64,000 bases of DNA. Origin: an uncultured Polyangiales bacterium (GTDB lineage Bacteria; Myxococcota_A; Polyangia; Polyangiales; JADJMO01). The stretch spans positions 1,305 through 65,304 of the forward strand of contig CAZUZY010000005.1 in the NCBI GenBank assembly GCA_964624885.1. Direction: 5' to 3'. The notes under the pieces are model-generated. The model saw nothing but the letters and a program-made list of their open reading frames with translations. It was not told the origin of the DNA and made no database searches. This document shows, piece by piece, positions 28,830 through 41,508 of this stretch (position 1 is its first letter; every line of letters begins with the position of its first letter). A program made the translations under genes and the position numbers.

Positions 28830-29481
28830 CTCGGGCTCGTTGCGCCGCGATCGACGGCGCGAGGCGCGCGCGCACGGCGGCGAGCACCTCGGGCTCGGCG
28901 ACGTCGGGGTGCCCGCTGTGGAACGGCGGCGCCGGGTCGTACTCGAGGCCGAGCTGCAGCGCCTTGGCGAGCCCCTCGCCACCGATCTCCGCCGCGACGC
29001 GCAGCCCGAAGTCGATGCCCGAGGTGACGCCGCCCGCGGTGATGCGGTTGCGGTCGACGACCACCCGCTGCTTCTCGAACCGCGCGCCGAACCGTTCGAG
29101 GAACTCCACGTACGCCCAGTGCGAGGTGGCCGCGTAGCCCTCGAGCAGCCCCGCCGCGCCGAGGAGCAGCGAGCCGGTGCAGACCGAAGTGACCCAGCGC
29201 GCGGCCGCGCCCTGCCGGCGCAGGAACTCGAGCACCACCGCGTCGTCCTGCAGCGCCTGCTGGCCGAAGCCGCCCGGCACGAACACGAGATCGAGCGGAG
29301 GGCACTCGGCGAGGGTGGTGGTGGGGACGATCGACATCCCGCCCTGCGCGCGCACGGGGGAGAGGTCCTTCCACAAGAGGTGGACCCGCGCGTCGGGGAT
29401 CCGGTGGAACACCTCGTAGGGGCCGGTGAGGTCGAGCTGGGTGAGATCCGGGAACAGCAGCATGCCGAGTTCGAGCGCCAT
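28774..29481 (-). CDS. DJ-1/PfpI family protein (isonitrile hydratase / InhA-like)
   Basis: LLFPDLTQLDLTGPYEV, VPGG.G, SVCTGS, TSHW, TAGGVTSGIDFGL, LEYDPAPPF.SG.P. Confidence 0.92.
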   Translation of the reverse strand: MALELGMLLFPDLTQLDLTGPYEVFHRIPDARVHLLWKDLSPVRAQGGMSIVPTTTLAECPPLDLVFVPGGFGQQALQDDAVVLEFLRRQGAAARWVTSVCTGSLLLGAAGLLEGYAATSHWAYVEFLERFGARFEKQRVVVDRNRITAGGVTSGIDFGLRVAAEIGGEGLAKALQLGLEYDPAPPFHSGHPDVAEPEVLAAVRARLAPSIAAQRARVGSVAPGPSPSGPPLRVG

Positions 29482-29515
29482 CGACAGAGGATGCCGTGTC
29501 GGCGGCGTGGCAGCC

Positions 29516-30517
29516 ATGACAACGAACCGCTATTCTCTGCCAGTGGCGCCCCGGCCTCTGCGCGTGGTCATGGTCGCCTTCGACGGCGTCCAGACCCTCG
29601 ACCTGACCGGACCGGCCGAGGTCTTCGCCGCCGTCGGCCGCCGCCTCGGTCGCCCGCGCTACGAGGTCGTCTTCGCCACCGTCGGGGGCCTCGCGATCAC
29701 GACCTCCTCGGGGCTGCGGGTCGAGACCGCCGATCTCACGCGGATCCGCGCCCGCACGGTCGACACCGTGGTCGTCGCCGGCGGTGAGGACGGGCCGCTC
29801 CGGGCGGCCGCCGCCGATGCCGGTCTCCTCCGCTGGCTCTCGCGGGCCAAGGTACGCCGCATGACCTCGGTGTGCTCCGGGGCGTTCCTCCTCGCGGCGG
29901 CCGGCCTCCTCGACGGTCGGCGGGCGACGACGCACTGGTCGGCGCTCGACGCACTCGCCCGCGCGCGGGAGGGTGCGATCGACGTCGATCGCACGGCGAT
30001 CTGGGTGCGGGACGGGGCGGTGTGGACCTCGGCCGGCGTCACCACCGGGATCGACATGGCGCTCGCCATGGTGGAGGACGACGTGGGGCGCAAGGTGGCC
30101 GACCTCGTCGCGGCGCACCTCGTGCTCTATGCGCGGAGACCGGGGTATCAATCCCAGTTCTCCGCGGCGCTCGTCGCGCAGTCCGACGCCTCCGACCCCC
30201 TCGCGGCGGGGATCGCGTGGGCCCGCGCCCACCTCCGCAGCGCGACGCTCGAGGCGCTGGCGCGACGCTCCGGTCTCTCGCTCCGCACGTTCCACCGTCG
30301 ATGCCTCGAGGACCTCGGGACCACGCCGGCCAAGCTGCTCGAGAAGCTGCGGGTCGAGGAGGCACGCACGCTCCTGTCCACCACCGAGGCCTCCCTCAAG
30401 GAGGTGGCCGCCACCACCGGGTTCGGCGACCCGGCGCGCATGAAGCGGGCGTTCGACCGTGCGATCGGGCTCGGCCCGCGCGACGTCCGGCTCCTGTTCG
30501 GGCGGCAGGGCCGCTAG
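29516..30517 (+). CDS. GlxA-family AraC transcriptional regulator (DJ-1-like sensor + HTH), divergent from the DJ-1 gene
   Basis: LDLTGP.EVF, SVCSGAF, ATTHW, TSAGVTTGIDMAL, RRPGYQSQFS, C-terminal AraC HTH. Confidence 0.93.
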   Translation: MTTNRYSLPVAPRPLRVVMVAFDGVQTLDLTGPAEVFAAVGRRLGRPRYEVVFATVGGLAITTSSGLRVETADLTRIRARTVDTVVVAGGEDGPLRAAAADAGLLRWLSRAKVRRMTSVCSGAFLLAAAGLLDGRRATTHWSALDALARAREGAIDVDRTAIWVRDGAVWTSAGVTTGIDMALAMVEDDVGRKVADLVAAHLVLYARRPGYQSQFSAALVAQSDASDPLAAGIAWARAHLRSATLEALARRSGLSLRTFHRRCLEDLGTTPAKLLEKLRVEEARTLLSTTEASLKEVAATTGFGDPARMKRAFDRAIGLGPRDVRLLFGRQGR

Positions 30518-32172
30518 GGCACCACCACGCCGCCGTCCTTGGTGGCGCTCTTCACGAACGACGCGAGCGCGTCGTACCAGGCCTTGCCCTCGCCCGCGTC
30601 CCTCGCCATCAGCGGGTCGATGTGGGTGAACTTCGGCCGCACGATCAGCTGAAAGGCGCGGGGATCGCTGCGAGGCACGCCCGCGAGCGCGCGCCCTTCG
30701 CCGACCGGCTTGTCGCCCAGCATCGCGCGCAGCTTGTCGTAGGACTTCGCGGTGCCGCTGCCGTCCGCGTCGGCGGTGAGCGCCGCGGCCATCGCCAGCA
30801 CCGGCAGGTCGATCGCCGCGCCGTGCCGGGTGCGCAGGCCGTACTTCTCGCGAAAATCGCCGGCCTCCATCACGAGCGAGCCCGCGAGCGAGGCGTCGAG
30901 CGAGAGCCGCGCCGGGAAGTACCACTCGCCGAAGTTGAGCCCGGGGCCCGAGAACCAGGCGTCGGCGAGGTCGGAGAGGGCGGTGAGCTCACCGTCCTCC
31001 CAGTCGTAGGTGGCGGTCGGGTCGCTCGGCTGCAGCAGCGTGCCGCCGAGCAGCGACTTGTACGAGGCGAGGGGGCCACCGACGGCCTTGCCGCAGCTCA
31101 CCGCGCCGATGGTGATCGTGCTCGAGGCGTCGTCGAACGCGAGGCCGAAGGCACCCCGGCTCGTGGTCTTCGGCACCGTCGACGACTTGAGGCCCAGGAT
31201 CAGCGCGAGCGAGGCGGTCACGTCGTCGTCGGGGATGCGGGGCGCGGTCGGCGAGAACCGCGTGGCCATCGCGAGGCGCTCGGCGTGCTCGAGGCCCTTC
31301 ACGCCGAAGAACGGCAGCGCCACGTACGGCTGCACCTTGCGGATCACGTTCAGCCCCGGTGCCGAGAACGGGCTGCCCGTGCCGGTGGCCGAGCCCTCCA
31401 GGTAGTCCTTCTCGGAGAACGTGCTCGTCGCGGCGAGCTCGTTGCCCGCGACCCCGTCCACGAGGACGAGCCCGGCGAGGTCGTCGAGGCCGCGCTGACC
31501 GTCGAAGTCCCAGGCCGCGTAGGCCTCGACGATCGTGCCGCCGAGCGAGTGGCCGAGCAGCACCACGCGCTGCTTGCGCTCGGTCGCCGGCACGCGGGCG
31601 ATCACGTTGCGGAGGTCTCCGAGGGTGACCGGCAGGCCCCACTCGCTCACGTAGCCGAGGTCGCTCTGGTCGTAGAAGCCGGCGAAGGTCTTCCCCTCGA
31701 CCGCCTCGCCGTCGTAGTAGTACCGGCGCGCGAGGCTCGGGTCCTTCTTCACCTCGGCCACGTCGCTGCCGTGGGTGTCCTCGAGCAGGTTGGCGCGCCG
31801 GTCGACGGCCCACACCTCGACGACGGCGGCGGGGTCTTCGCGACCACGCCGCACGAGCGCACGCGCGACGCCGTCGAACGAGCCCGCGCCACCGAGGAAG
31901 CCGGGCATCATCACCACGATCGCGCGCGCGGGCGTGCTCTTCTCGAGGCGGTACCGGACCACGCGGACGAAGTCCCGCTCCTTCGGGGTCTCGACGCCGA
32001 GCGTGGGGTTCGGGCCGGGGTGCACCCCCGGGACGAGGAACAGGTCGCGCACGATGCCGCTCTCGACGACGGCGACCGCGGGCGGCGGCGCGTAGGTCGA
32101 CGTGGGCGGGGCGACCGGGTCGTCCTTGCCGCAGCCGAGCAGCAAGAGCGCAGGGAGGAAGCGCGCGCGCAT
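30514..32172 (-). CDS. Alpha/beta-hydrolase fold lipoprotein (lipase/esterase-like)
   Basis: Lipobox LLGC, PGFLGG, GHSLGG, THID near the C-terminus. Confidence 0.8.
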   Translation of the reverse strand: MRARFLPALLLLGCGKDDPVAPPTSTYAPPPAVAVVESGIVRDLFLVPGVHPGPNPTLGVETPKERDFVRVVRYRLEKSTPARAIVVMMPGFLGGAGSFDGVARALVRRGREDPAAVVEVWAVDRRANLLEDTHGSDVAEVKKDPSLARRYYYDGEAVEGKTFAGFYDQSDLGYVSEWGLPVTLGDLRNVIARVPATERKQRVVLLGHSLGGTIVEAYAAWDFDGQRGLDDLAGLVLVDGVAGNELAATSTFSEKDYLEGSATGTGSPFSAPGLNVIRKVQPYVALPFFGVKGLEHAERLAMATRFSPTAPRIPDDDVTASLALILGLKSSTVPKTTSRGAFGLAFDDASSTITIGAVSCGKAVGGPLASYKSLLGGTLLQPSDPTATYDWEDGELTALSDLADAWFSGPGLNFGEWYFPARLSLDASLAGSLVMEAGDFREKYGLRTRHGAAIDLPVLAMAAALTADADGSGTAKSYDKLRAMLGDKPVGEGRALAGVPRSDPRAFQLIVRPKFTHIDPLMARDAGEGKAWYDALASFVKSATKDGGVVVP

Positions 32173-32181
32173 CCCCGCACT

Positions 32182-33336
32182 CTAGCCGAACGTGTTTCGC
32201 CGCATGCTGACGTTCATGAGCAGGCCGATGCCCACGAGCACCGTGGTGACGCTCGAGCCGCCGTAGCTGAACAGTGGCAGGGTCACGCCGACGACGGGGA
32301 GCACGCCGGTCACCATGCCGATGTTGAAGAACGCGTGCCAGAAGATCATCGCCGTGACGCCGACGGCGAGCGCCGCTCCGAACCGGTCCCGCGCGCGCGC
32401 GGCGATGCCGATGCCCCACAGCACCACGAACGTGTACGCCGCGATCAGCACGAGCCCCCCGGTGAAGCCCCAGTCCTCGGCGTAGACCGGGAACGGGAAG
32501 TCGGTGTGTTGCTCGGGGATGAACAGGTAGTGGTTCTGCGTGCCGTGCATGTACCCCTGGCCGAACACGCCGCCGTTGCCGATGGCGACGCGGGCGTGGT
32601 GCGAGTGCCAGTTGGCGCCACGGATGTCGAGCTCGGGGTTGATGAACGAGGTGATGCGCCGCTTCTGGTAGTCGTGCAGCAGGTAGTTCCACGCGACGAG
32701 GCTCGTGGCCGTCACGCCCGCGACCAGGAGGGCGAGCGACTGCCAGCGGATGCGCGTGAGTGCCATCACGGCCACGAAGATGCCCATCAGGATCAGCGCC
32801 GTGCCCAGGTCGGGCTGCTTGGCGACCAGGGCGAACGGGATCCCCGCCAGCACTGCCGGCACGACGTAGTCGCCGAGCCGCCGCCCGCCGCCGCCCGGAC
32901 CGACCGGGATCTTGGGGTCGTCGTGCAGGTACTTGGCGAGCGAGATCGCCAGGATGAGCTTCATGAACTCGGAGGGCTGGAAGCGGAAGCCGCGCTCCTT
33001 GCCACCGATGTCGATCCACCGGGAGGCGCCGTGGATGTCGCGTCCGAGGATGAACACGAGCAGCAGCAGGACGATGCCGCCGGCGTAGATGACGTACGCG
33101 AGGCGCTCGAAGTGCCGGTAGTCGATGGCCGCCGCCAGCGTGGCCGCGATGCCGCCGGCCACCAGCCAGTAGATCTGCGTGACGTAGAGGTCGGCCCGCC
33201 CGGCCTTGGCCACGCTGGTCGCGCTGTACAGGTTGATGACGCCGATCACCGCGATGATCAGCACGCCGACCAGCAGCGCCCAGTCGATGCCCTCGCGGGC
33301 GCGGGCCACGCGTCCGAGCGCCGACGGCCGGTTCAC
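32182..33336 (-). CDS. rodA: Rod shape-determining SEDS glycosyltransferase RodA
   Basis: GASRWI, FQPSEFMK, KQPDLGTA, IPEQHTDF, GVTLPLFSYGGSS. Confidence 0.97.
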   Translation of the reverse strand: MNRPSALGRVARAREGIDWALLVGVLIIAVIGVINLYSATSVAKAGRADLYVTQIYWLVAGGIAATLAAAIDYRHFERLAYVIYAGGIVLLLLVFILGRDIHGASRWIDIGGKERGFRFQPSEFMKLILAISLAKYLHDDPKIPVGPGGGGRRLGDYVVPAVLAGIPFALVAKQPDLGTALILMGIFVAVMALTRIRWQSLALLVAGVTATSLVAWNYLLHDYQKRRITSFINPELDIRGANWHSHHARVAIGNGGVFGQGYMHGTQNHYLFIPEQHTDFPFPVYAEDWGFTGGLVLIAAYTFVVLWGIGIAARARDRFGAALAVGVTAMIFWHAFFNIGMVTGVLPVVGVTLPLFSYGGSSVTTVLVGIGLLMNVSMRRNTFG

Positions 33337-35309
33337 TTGGCGGGCCCTTTGCTGGCGGAGGGCAGGGGCTTGCCGTCCGGCGCCGTGGCCGCGCCCTCGT
33401 GGGCCGGCTTGATGCGAGTGAACCACTCGTCGAACATGCGCATGGCGATCGGGGCCGCGTTGTGACCACCGCCGCCGCCGTGCTCGACCAGGACCGCGAT
33501 GGCGATCTCCGGGTCGTCGTAGGGCGCGAAGCCGGCGAACCAGGCGTGGTCGCGGTTGAAGTACCAGATGAGGTGGGGGTCGATGCCGGGCTTCTGCCCG
33601 ACGCGGGAGACCTGCGCGGTGCCGGTCTTGCCCGCCACCATCACCTTGGTCGTGCGCTCGCGGTAGGCGGTGCCACCCTCCTCGTTGACGACGCCGGCCA
33701 TGGCCTCCTTCACGAACTTGAGCTGCCCGGGATCGACGCCGATCTTGCGGCGGATCCGGGGCGGAAAATCCTGCTCGATGCCACCGCCGCCGGCGTCGGT
33801 CAGCGGGGTCTCGATGGCCTGCACCACCTGCGGTGCGTAGAGCGTGCCGCCGTTGGCGAGCGCGGCGTAGGCCATGGCGAGCTGCAGCACGGTCACCTTG
33901 GTGTTGCCCTGACCGATGGCCGCGTTGAGGGCGAAGCCGGTGCGGAACCCGCCGTAGTGCTGCATGTACCAGGCGGTGGTGGGGATGAGCCCCGGCGACT
34001 CGTGGTTGAAGCCGACCCCCGAGCGCTGACCGAACCCGAACTCGGCGTCCATCGCCGACATCTTGTCGAGCGTGGTCTTCTTGCCGAGCTGGTAGAAGTA
34101 GACGTTGCAGCTGCGCACGATCGCGTCGTGCATCGAGATCTGGCCGTGGAAGCCCTCGCACTTGAACCGCGTGCGGCTCACCTGCAGCACGTGCTCGCAG
34201 AGCTCGTGGCTGTCGCGGGTGACGGCGCCGGCGCCGAGCGCGGCGAGGGCGTGGAACGGCTTCATCGTCGACCCGGGGAAGTACGCCTCGTAGAGGGTCT
34301 TGTCGGTGAGCGGTGAGAGCGGGTTGGTGAGGATCGCCTCGGCTTGCTTCTGCGAGAGGCCGGTGACGAAGTCGTTGGGGTCGATGCCGGGCTTGCTGTA
34401 GACGGCGAGCACGCGCCCCGTCTTGACCTCGATGGCCACCACCGCGCCGGCGAGCTGCCCCGCGAAGGCCTTGCGGGCGGTGGAGACGAGATCGGCGTCG
34501 ATGGAGAGCCGCAGGTCACGCCCCGGCACCGGCGGGTTCTCGGCGGGGTTGTCGATCAGCGCCAGGTCTTCCTTGGCGGTGCGGCGGTTGCCGCGCGCGT
34601 CCATGACCACCTTCTTCCAGCCGCGTTGCCCGCGGAGGAACGCCTCCCACGCCTTCTCGACGCCGCTCCGCCCCACACGGTCGCCGGGCTGCAGGTCCTT
34701 CTTCTGGCCCTCGGGGAGGGCGTCGAGGTCCTCCTTGTTGACCTCGTTGACGTACCCGAGCAGGTGGAACGTGAGCTCCTTCTGCGGGTAGTAGCGCAGC
34801 GGCACGCTGATCCAGCTCACCGCCGAGAGCTCGGCGCGGTGGGTCTCGAGCGCGCCCACCGTGTCGCGCGAGATGTCCTCGCGGACGATGATCTCGCGGA
34901 TGCGGTGCTTCGGGTCGAGCTTGAGCGCCGCGAGGTCCTTGGCGCGGGCCTCGCGCAGGCGCTGCTCGAGGGTGGCGCGCTCGACCGGGCCGAGGCCCAG
35001 CAGCTCGGCGAGGCGCGGGTAGGTCTTGTCGAGGTCGAGGCGCGCGGGGACCACGTACACGTTCCAGGACTCGCGGCTCGCGGCGAGCACCACGCCGTGG
35101 CGGTCGCGGATGACGCCGCGGCTCGTGGCCAGCGTGACCTTGTGCACGATGTTGTCGTGCGCGATGGCGGCGTTCTCCGAGGCCTTGATGAGCTGCAGGT
35201 GGGCGAGCTTGCCGACGAGCACCAGGTTGAGGGCCACCACGGCGAGGGCCAGCCACTTGTACCGCTTGCGGAACTCGCCGACGTCGGGGCGTTGACCGAG
35301 CAGGTTCAC
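33333..35309 (-). CDS. mrdA: Penicillin-binding protein 2
   Basis: RGVIRDRHG, SxxK (GSTMK), SCN, KTGTAQ, DHAWF. Confidence 0.96.
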   Translation of the reverse strand: MNLLGQRPDVGEFRKRYKWLALAVVALNLVLVGKLAHLQLIKASENAAIAHDNIVHKVTLATSRGVIRDRHGVVLAASRESWNVYVVPARLDLDKTYPRLAELLGLGPVERATLEQRLREARAKDLAALKLDPKHRIREIIVREDISRDTVGALETHRAELSAVSWISVPLRYYPQKELTFHLLGYVNEVNKEDLDALPEGQKKDLQPGDRVGRSGVEKAWEAFLRGQRGWKKVVMDARGNRRTAKEDLALIDNPAENPPVPGRDLRLSIDADLVSTARKAFAGQLAGAVVAIEVKTGRVLAVYSKPGIDPNDFVTGLSQKQAEAILTNPLSPLTDKTLYEAYFPGSTMKPFHALAALGAGAVTRDSHELCEHVLQVSRTRFKCEGFHGQISMHDAIVRSCNVYFYQLGKKTTLDKMSAMDAEFGFGQRSGVGFNHESPGLIPTTAWYMQHYGGFRTGFALNAAIGQGNTKVTVLQLAMAYAALANGGTLYAPQVVQAIETPLTDAGGGGIEQDFPPRIRRKIGVDPGQLKFVKEAMAGVVNEEGGTAYRERTTKVMVAGKTGTAQVSRVGQKPGIDPHLIWYFNRDHAWFAGFAPYDDPEIAIAVLVEHGGGGGHNAAPIAMRMFDEWFTRIKPAHEGAATAPDGKPLPSASKGPAK

Positions 35310-35896
35310 GAGACGCTCCTCCGCTCGTCGCGGCCCGTCGGCACACGCCGCGGCGGCAACGAGGCCGAGAGGCTGCCCTTGCCCTCCCGGGGCTCGACCA
35401 GCCCCGAGGCGATCGCCGAGACCCGCGCCGCCGCGCGGAACACGAGCGGCGCGAACACGATGGTCGCGGCGGCGTGGGGCAGGATCAGGCGGAACATGGC
35501 CCGGGGCACATAGGCCCCCTTGCCGAAGATGGCGAGCAGCACGATGACCATCAGGGTGCCGAGCCCGGCGAACGCCCCGGCGAGCACCGCGCGCGCCCAC
35601 CCCGACTGGGTGACGATGCGCAGACCCGCGAGCCGCGCGAGGGCCACGGTGGCGACCGACGTGAACGCGTAGAGCCCGATCGGCGCGCCGCCGATGACGT
35701 CGAGCACGTACCCGAGCAGGAACCCCACGCTCGCCGCGAGGGCCAGGTTGGACTCGCTGACGGCCACGTAGACGAGCAGCGGCACGAGCAGCGACGGCCG
35801 GAACCCGCGCGCCGCGAGGGGCCCGAGGACGATCCAGGTCTCGCCTTGCAGCACCACGAGCACGAGCCCGAGCAGGAGGAACAGCGTGTACCGCAT
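35306..35896 (-). CDS. mreD: Rod shape-determining protein MreD
   Basis: Hydrophobic protein with GYVLDVIGGAPIGLYA, between mreC and mrdA. Confidence 0.88.
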   Translation of the reverse strand: MRYTLFLLLGLVLVVLQGETWIVLGPLAARGFRPSLLVPLLVYVAVSESNLALAASVGFLLGYVLDVIGGAPIGLYAFTSVATVALARLAGLRIVTQSGWARAVLAGAFAGLGTLMVIVLLAIFGKGAYVPRAMFRLILPHAAATIVFAPLVFRAAARVSAIASGLVEPREGKGSLSASLPPRRVPTGRDERRSVS

Positions 35897-35899
35897 CGC

Positions 35900-36775
35900 C
35901 TACTTCTTCGGGGCAGGCTTGGGCTCGGGCTCCTTGGGGGCGCCGGCCGGCGGGACCACGAGCGCCTCCTCGAGCCGCGAGAACGAGACCACCGGCTCGG
36001 CCTCCACCTCTTGGAACTCGCCGAAGCCACGGTTGTGGATCTTGGTGATGCGGGCGACCGAGACGCCCTTGGGGAACCGCGCGCCGATGCCGCTCGTGAC
36101 CAGGAGGTCGCCGACGGCCACCTCGTCGGCGCGCTTCATGTACTCGACCTTGCAGGTGTACTTGGTGAGATCGCCGGTCCCGCGCACGAGGCCGCGCGCG
36201 CCGGTGCGCTCGTCCACCACGTCGATGGCGAGCTGCGGGTCGACGGCGAGCTGCACCTCGAGGGTGGCGCCCTCGGCGCGGAGCACCACGCCGACCACGC
36301 CCTCCTCGGAGAGCACCGCCCACCCGGGCTTCACCTCGGAGCTCACCTTGTCGAGCAGGAGGTTGGTCACGCGGAAGTCGCTCGCGTCCTTGGCCACCAC
36401 CTGGGCGGTGAGCGCCTCGGGCCCGAGCTGCTCCTTGAGGCCGAGCGCCTTCTTGAGGCGACGGTTCTCGGCCTCCATGGCCTCGAGCCGGCGCACCTTC
36501 TCCTTGAGGGCGATGTTCTCGTGGCCGAGCTTGTCGTTCTCCGCCTTCACGTCGACCAGGTACACATAGGACCCGAACAGCGCCGAGACCCCCTTGCCGA
36601 GCACCGCCCCCACGTACTGGAGCGGCTTGAGCGCGCGCAGCACGATGCGGTCGAGGGCGTTCAGATCGCGGGGCTGTCGCACGTGCGACCGCAGCACGAA
36701 GAACGGCAGGGCGAGCAGGAGCGCGACGACCACGGCGTCACGCAGCCGCCGCCAGCTACCGAGTTGAGCGGTCAT
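35900..36775 (-). CDS. mreC: Rod shape-determining protein MreC
   Basis: TM + coiled coil (ENRRLKKAL), EEGVVG, GDLLVTSG...FPKG, FSRLEEALV. Confidence 0.95.
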   Translation of the reverse strand: MTAQLGSWRRLRDAVVVALLLALPFFVLRSHVRQPRDLNALDRIVLRALKPLQYVGAVLGKGVSALFGSYVYLVDVKAENDKLGHENIALKEKVRRLEAMEAENRRLKKALGLKEQLGPEALTAQVVAKDASDFRVTNLLLDKVSSEVKPGWAVLSEEGVVGVVLRAEGATLEVQLAVDPQLAIDVVDERTGARGLVRGTGDLTKYTCKVEYMKRADEVAVGDLLVTSGIGARFPKGVSVARITKIHNRGFGEFQEVEAEPVVSFSRLEEALVVPPAGAPKEPEPKPAPKK

Positions 36776-36787
36776 GCCCGAGACCCG

Positions 36788-39248
<2,461 letters not shown>

Positions 39249-40047
39249 CCGGCACGATCGCGATCACCGGCTGCGTGCGGGCGTGCAGGTAGAGGGCGAG
39301 GCCCACGCCGAACAGCGCGAGCGAGAGCCACTGCCCGGGCGTGAGGCCGACGTAGCGCGCGTCGGCGCCGCTGATGTCGGTGGCGCGGAGGGCATCGAGG
39401 GGGTAGCGAACGGGCGCGTAGATCATGCAGAGCACGCCGGTGATCTGCCCGGCGCGGCGCGGCGCCCGCGCGTACCACCACATGAAGGCGGCGATTGGGA
39501 TGGTGATGAACATCTCGAGCAGGCCGAGGTCGAAGCGCGCGCCCCCGGGGAACGCGACCGCGAGCGGTGAGCTCGAGAGGCGCCCGATGTGGTCGTGGGC
39601 CGAGGCGCACCCGGCGCGGCCGAAGATCCAGCTCACGGCGAACACCGCGGTGATCTGGTCGGCGTAGGGGAGGAGCTTCTCCTTGAACTTCTGGCGCCAC
39701 ACGAGGGCGCCGACGAGGCCGCCGATGAAGCCGCCGTAGCTCGAGATGCCCTTCCACACGTAGAGGAGGGTGATCGGGTTCGCGAGCACCTCCTTGGGCC
39801 GGTACATCAGCTCGTCGAGCACGTGCGACAGCACGAACCCGAACACGAGACAGTAGGTGACCAGCGACTCGAACTTCTGGCGCGAGAGCCCGCGCGCGAC
39901 GGCGCGGCGCACGGCGAGCGCCGAGCCGACCATCACGCCGGTGGCCACCAGCGCGCCGAACGCGTGCAGCTTGAGCCCGATCACCGGCAGGGCGATTGGC
40001 TTGATGTCGAGGTAAGGGAGCGGCATGGAGGTCGGGATCCGCCGAGG

Positions 40048-41241
40048 TCAGTGCGGGTCTTCCTCTTCGTCTTCTTCGTCGTCGCTCGGCTTGGCCGGGG
40101 CCGGCTTCTGCTCGGGGAGCTTCTCGAGCTTCACGGTGAGGTCGAACGCCTTGCTGTCGCGGACCACGCGCAGGGTCACCTTGCGGCCCACGCCCGCGAT
40201 GGAGACGAGCCACCGCATCTGGCTCGAGTTCTTCACCGGGGTGCCGTCGACCGCGAGGATCACGTCGTCGACCTTGATGCCGGCCTTGGAGGCGGGGGTG
40301 CCCTTCTTGACCGACACCACCAGGGCGCCCTTGGTGCCGAGCTTCTCGTCGAACTCGGAGTCCTCGATGCCGACGCCCAGGTAGCTGCGCACCACCCGCC
40401 CGTCCTTCACGAGCGAGGGCAGCATCTGCTTGACCATGTTGATCGGGATGGCGAACGCGAGGCCCTGGGCCTTGGCGTTGATGGCCGTGTTGATCCCGAT
40501 GACCTCGCCCTTGAGGTTGAGGAGCGGGCCGCCGCTGTTGCCCTGGTTGATGGCGGCGTCGGTCTGGAGGAAGTCGAAGTAGTGCTGCCCGGGGAGCGGC
40601 ACCTCGTTGATGGTGCGGCCGCGCGCCGAGAGGATGCCGGTGGTGACCGTCTGCCGGAGGCCGTGCGGGCTGCCGATGGCCACCAGCCAGTCGCCGACCG
40701 CCACCGCGTCGCTGTCGCCGAGGGCGATGGGCTCGATGCCGGCCGGCGGGTCGATCTTGATGACGGCCACGTCGGTCATCGGGTCGGTGCCGAGCACCTT
40801 CGCGTCGACCCGCTTGTCGTTGTAGAGCTGGACCGCCAGGTCGCTCGCGTCCTGCACGACGTGGTTGTTGGTGAGGATCGTGCCGGACTTGTCGATCAAG
40901 AACCCGGAGCCGATGCCCTTGCCGACCATGTGCCCCTTCTTGATCTTGAGGAGCACCGTGACGACGGCCGGCGCCGTGGCCTTGGCGAGCGGCGCGAAGC
41001 TCGTGGGCGTGCCGATCGGCGGGATTCCCCCGGGGATCTGCACCGGCTTGCCGCCGGTGGGCAGCCCGACGGTCGGGGTGGAGACGCTCACCGCGTTGGT
41101 GGGCAGGCCCTTGCCGTCCTTGCCGTCCTTGCCGTCCTTCGCCTCGTCGTCGCGGTCTCGTCGGCAGCCCGGACCGAGGGTGCCGAGCACGCCCAGGGTG
41201 AGGGTGGTGGCGAGGACGGCGGCGAGGCGACGGAGGTTCAT
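40048..41241 (-). CDS. HtrA/DegP-like trypsin serine protease with one PDZ domain (lipoprotein)
   Basis: GSGFLI, TNNHV, DVAVIKI, QTDAAINQGNSGGPL, YLGV PDZ. Confidence 0.95.
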   Translation of the reverse strand: MNLRRLAAVLATTLTLGVLGTLGPGCRRDRDDEAKDGKDGKDGKGLPTNAVSVSTPTVGLPTGGKPVQIPGGIPPIGTPTSFAPLAKATAPAVVTVLLKIKKGHMVGKGIGSGFLIDKSGTILTNNHVVQDASDLAVQLYNDKRVDAKVLGTDPMTDVAVIKIDPPAGIEPIALGDSDAVAVGDWLVAIGSPHGLRQTVTTGILSARGRTINEVPLPGQHYFDFLQTDAAINQGNSGGPLLNLKGEVIGINTAINAKAQGLAFAIPINMVKQMLPSLVKDGRVVRSYLGVGIEDSEFDEKLGTKGALVVSVKKGTPASKAGIKVDDVILAVDGTPVKNSSQMRWLVSIAGVGRKVTLRVVRDSKAFDLTVKLEKLPEQKPAPAKPSDDEEDEEEDPH

Positions 41242-41507
41242 CCCTGGGGCTCCTTGGAGCGCTCCACGAACTGCATGCGCAGGTCGTAGAGCACCTGGTC
41301 GATGAGATGCTCCTCGGCGCCGGTGAGGTTGCCCTTGGTCTTCTCCTGCAGCATCCCGACCATGTCGATGGTCTGCCGGGCGAGCGCGAGATCGGGCGCG
41401 GACGGGGTGCCGTCCGGCGGCGGCGCGACGCCGAGGTGGACCAGCGCCGTCTGCGACAGCGACAGGATGAGGGTGCTGAAGTCGATCGACGGGAGGGGCT
41501 CGGCCAT
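41238..41507 (-). CDS. DUF1844 family protein
   Basis: DFSTLILSL...ALVHLG...ARQTIDM..ML.EKTKGNLT..E..L....LYDLRMQFVE. Confidence 0.88.
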   Translation of the reverse strand: MAEPLPSIDFSTLILSLSQTALVHLGVAPPPDGTPSAPDLALARQTIDMVGMLQEKTKGNLTGAEEHLIDQVLYDLRMQFVERSKEPQG

Positions 41508-41508
41508 C

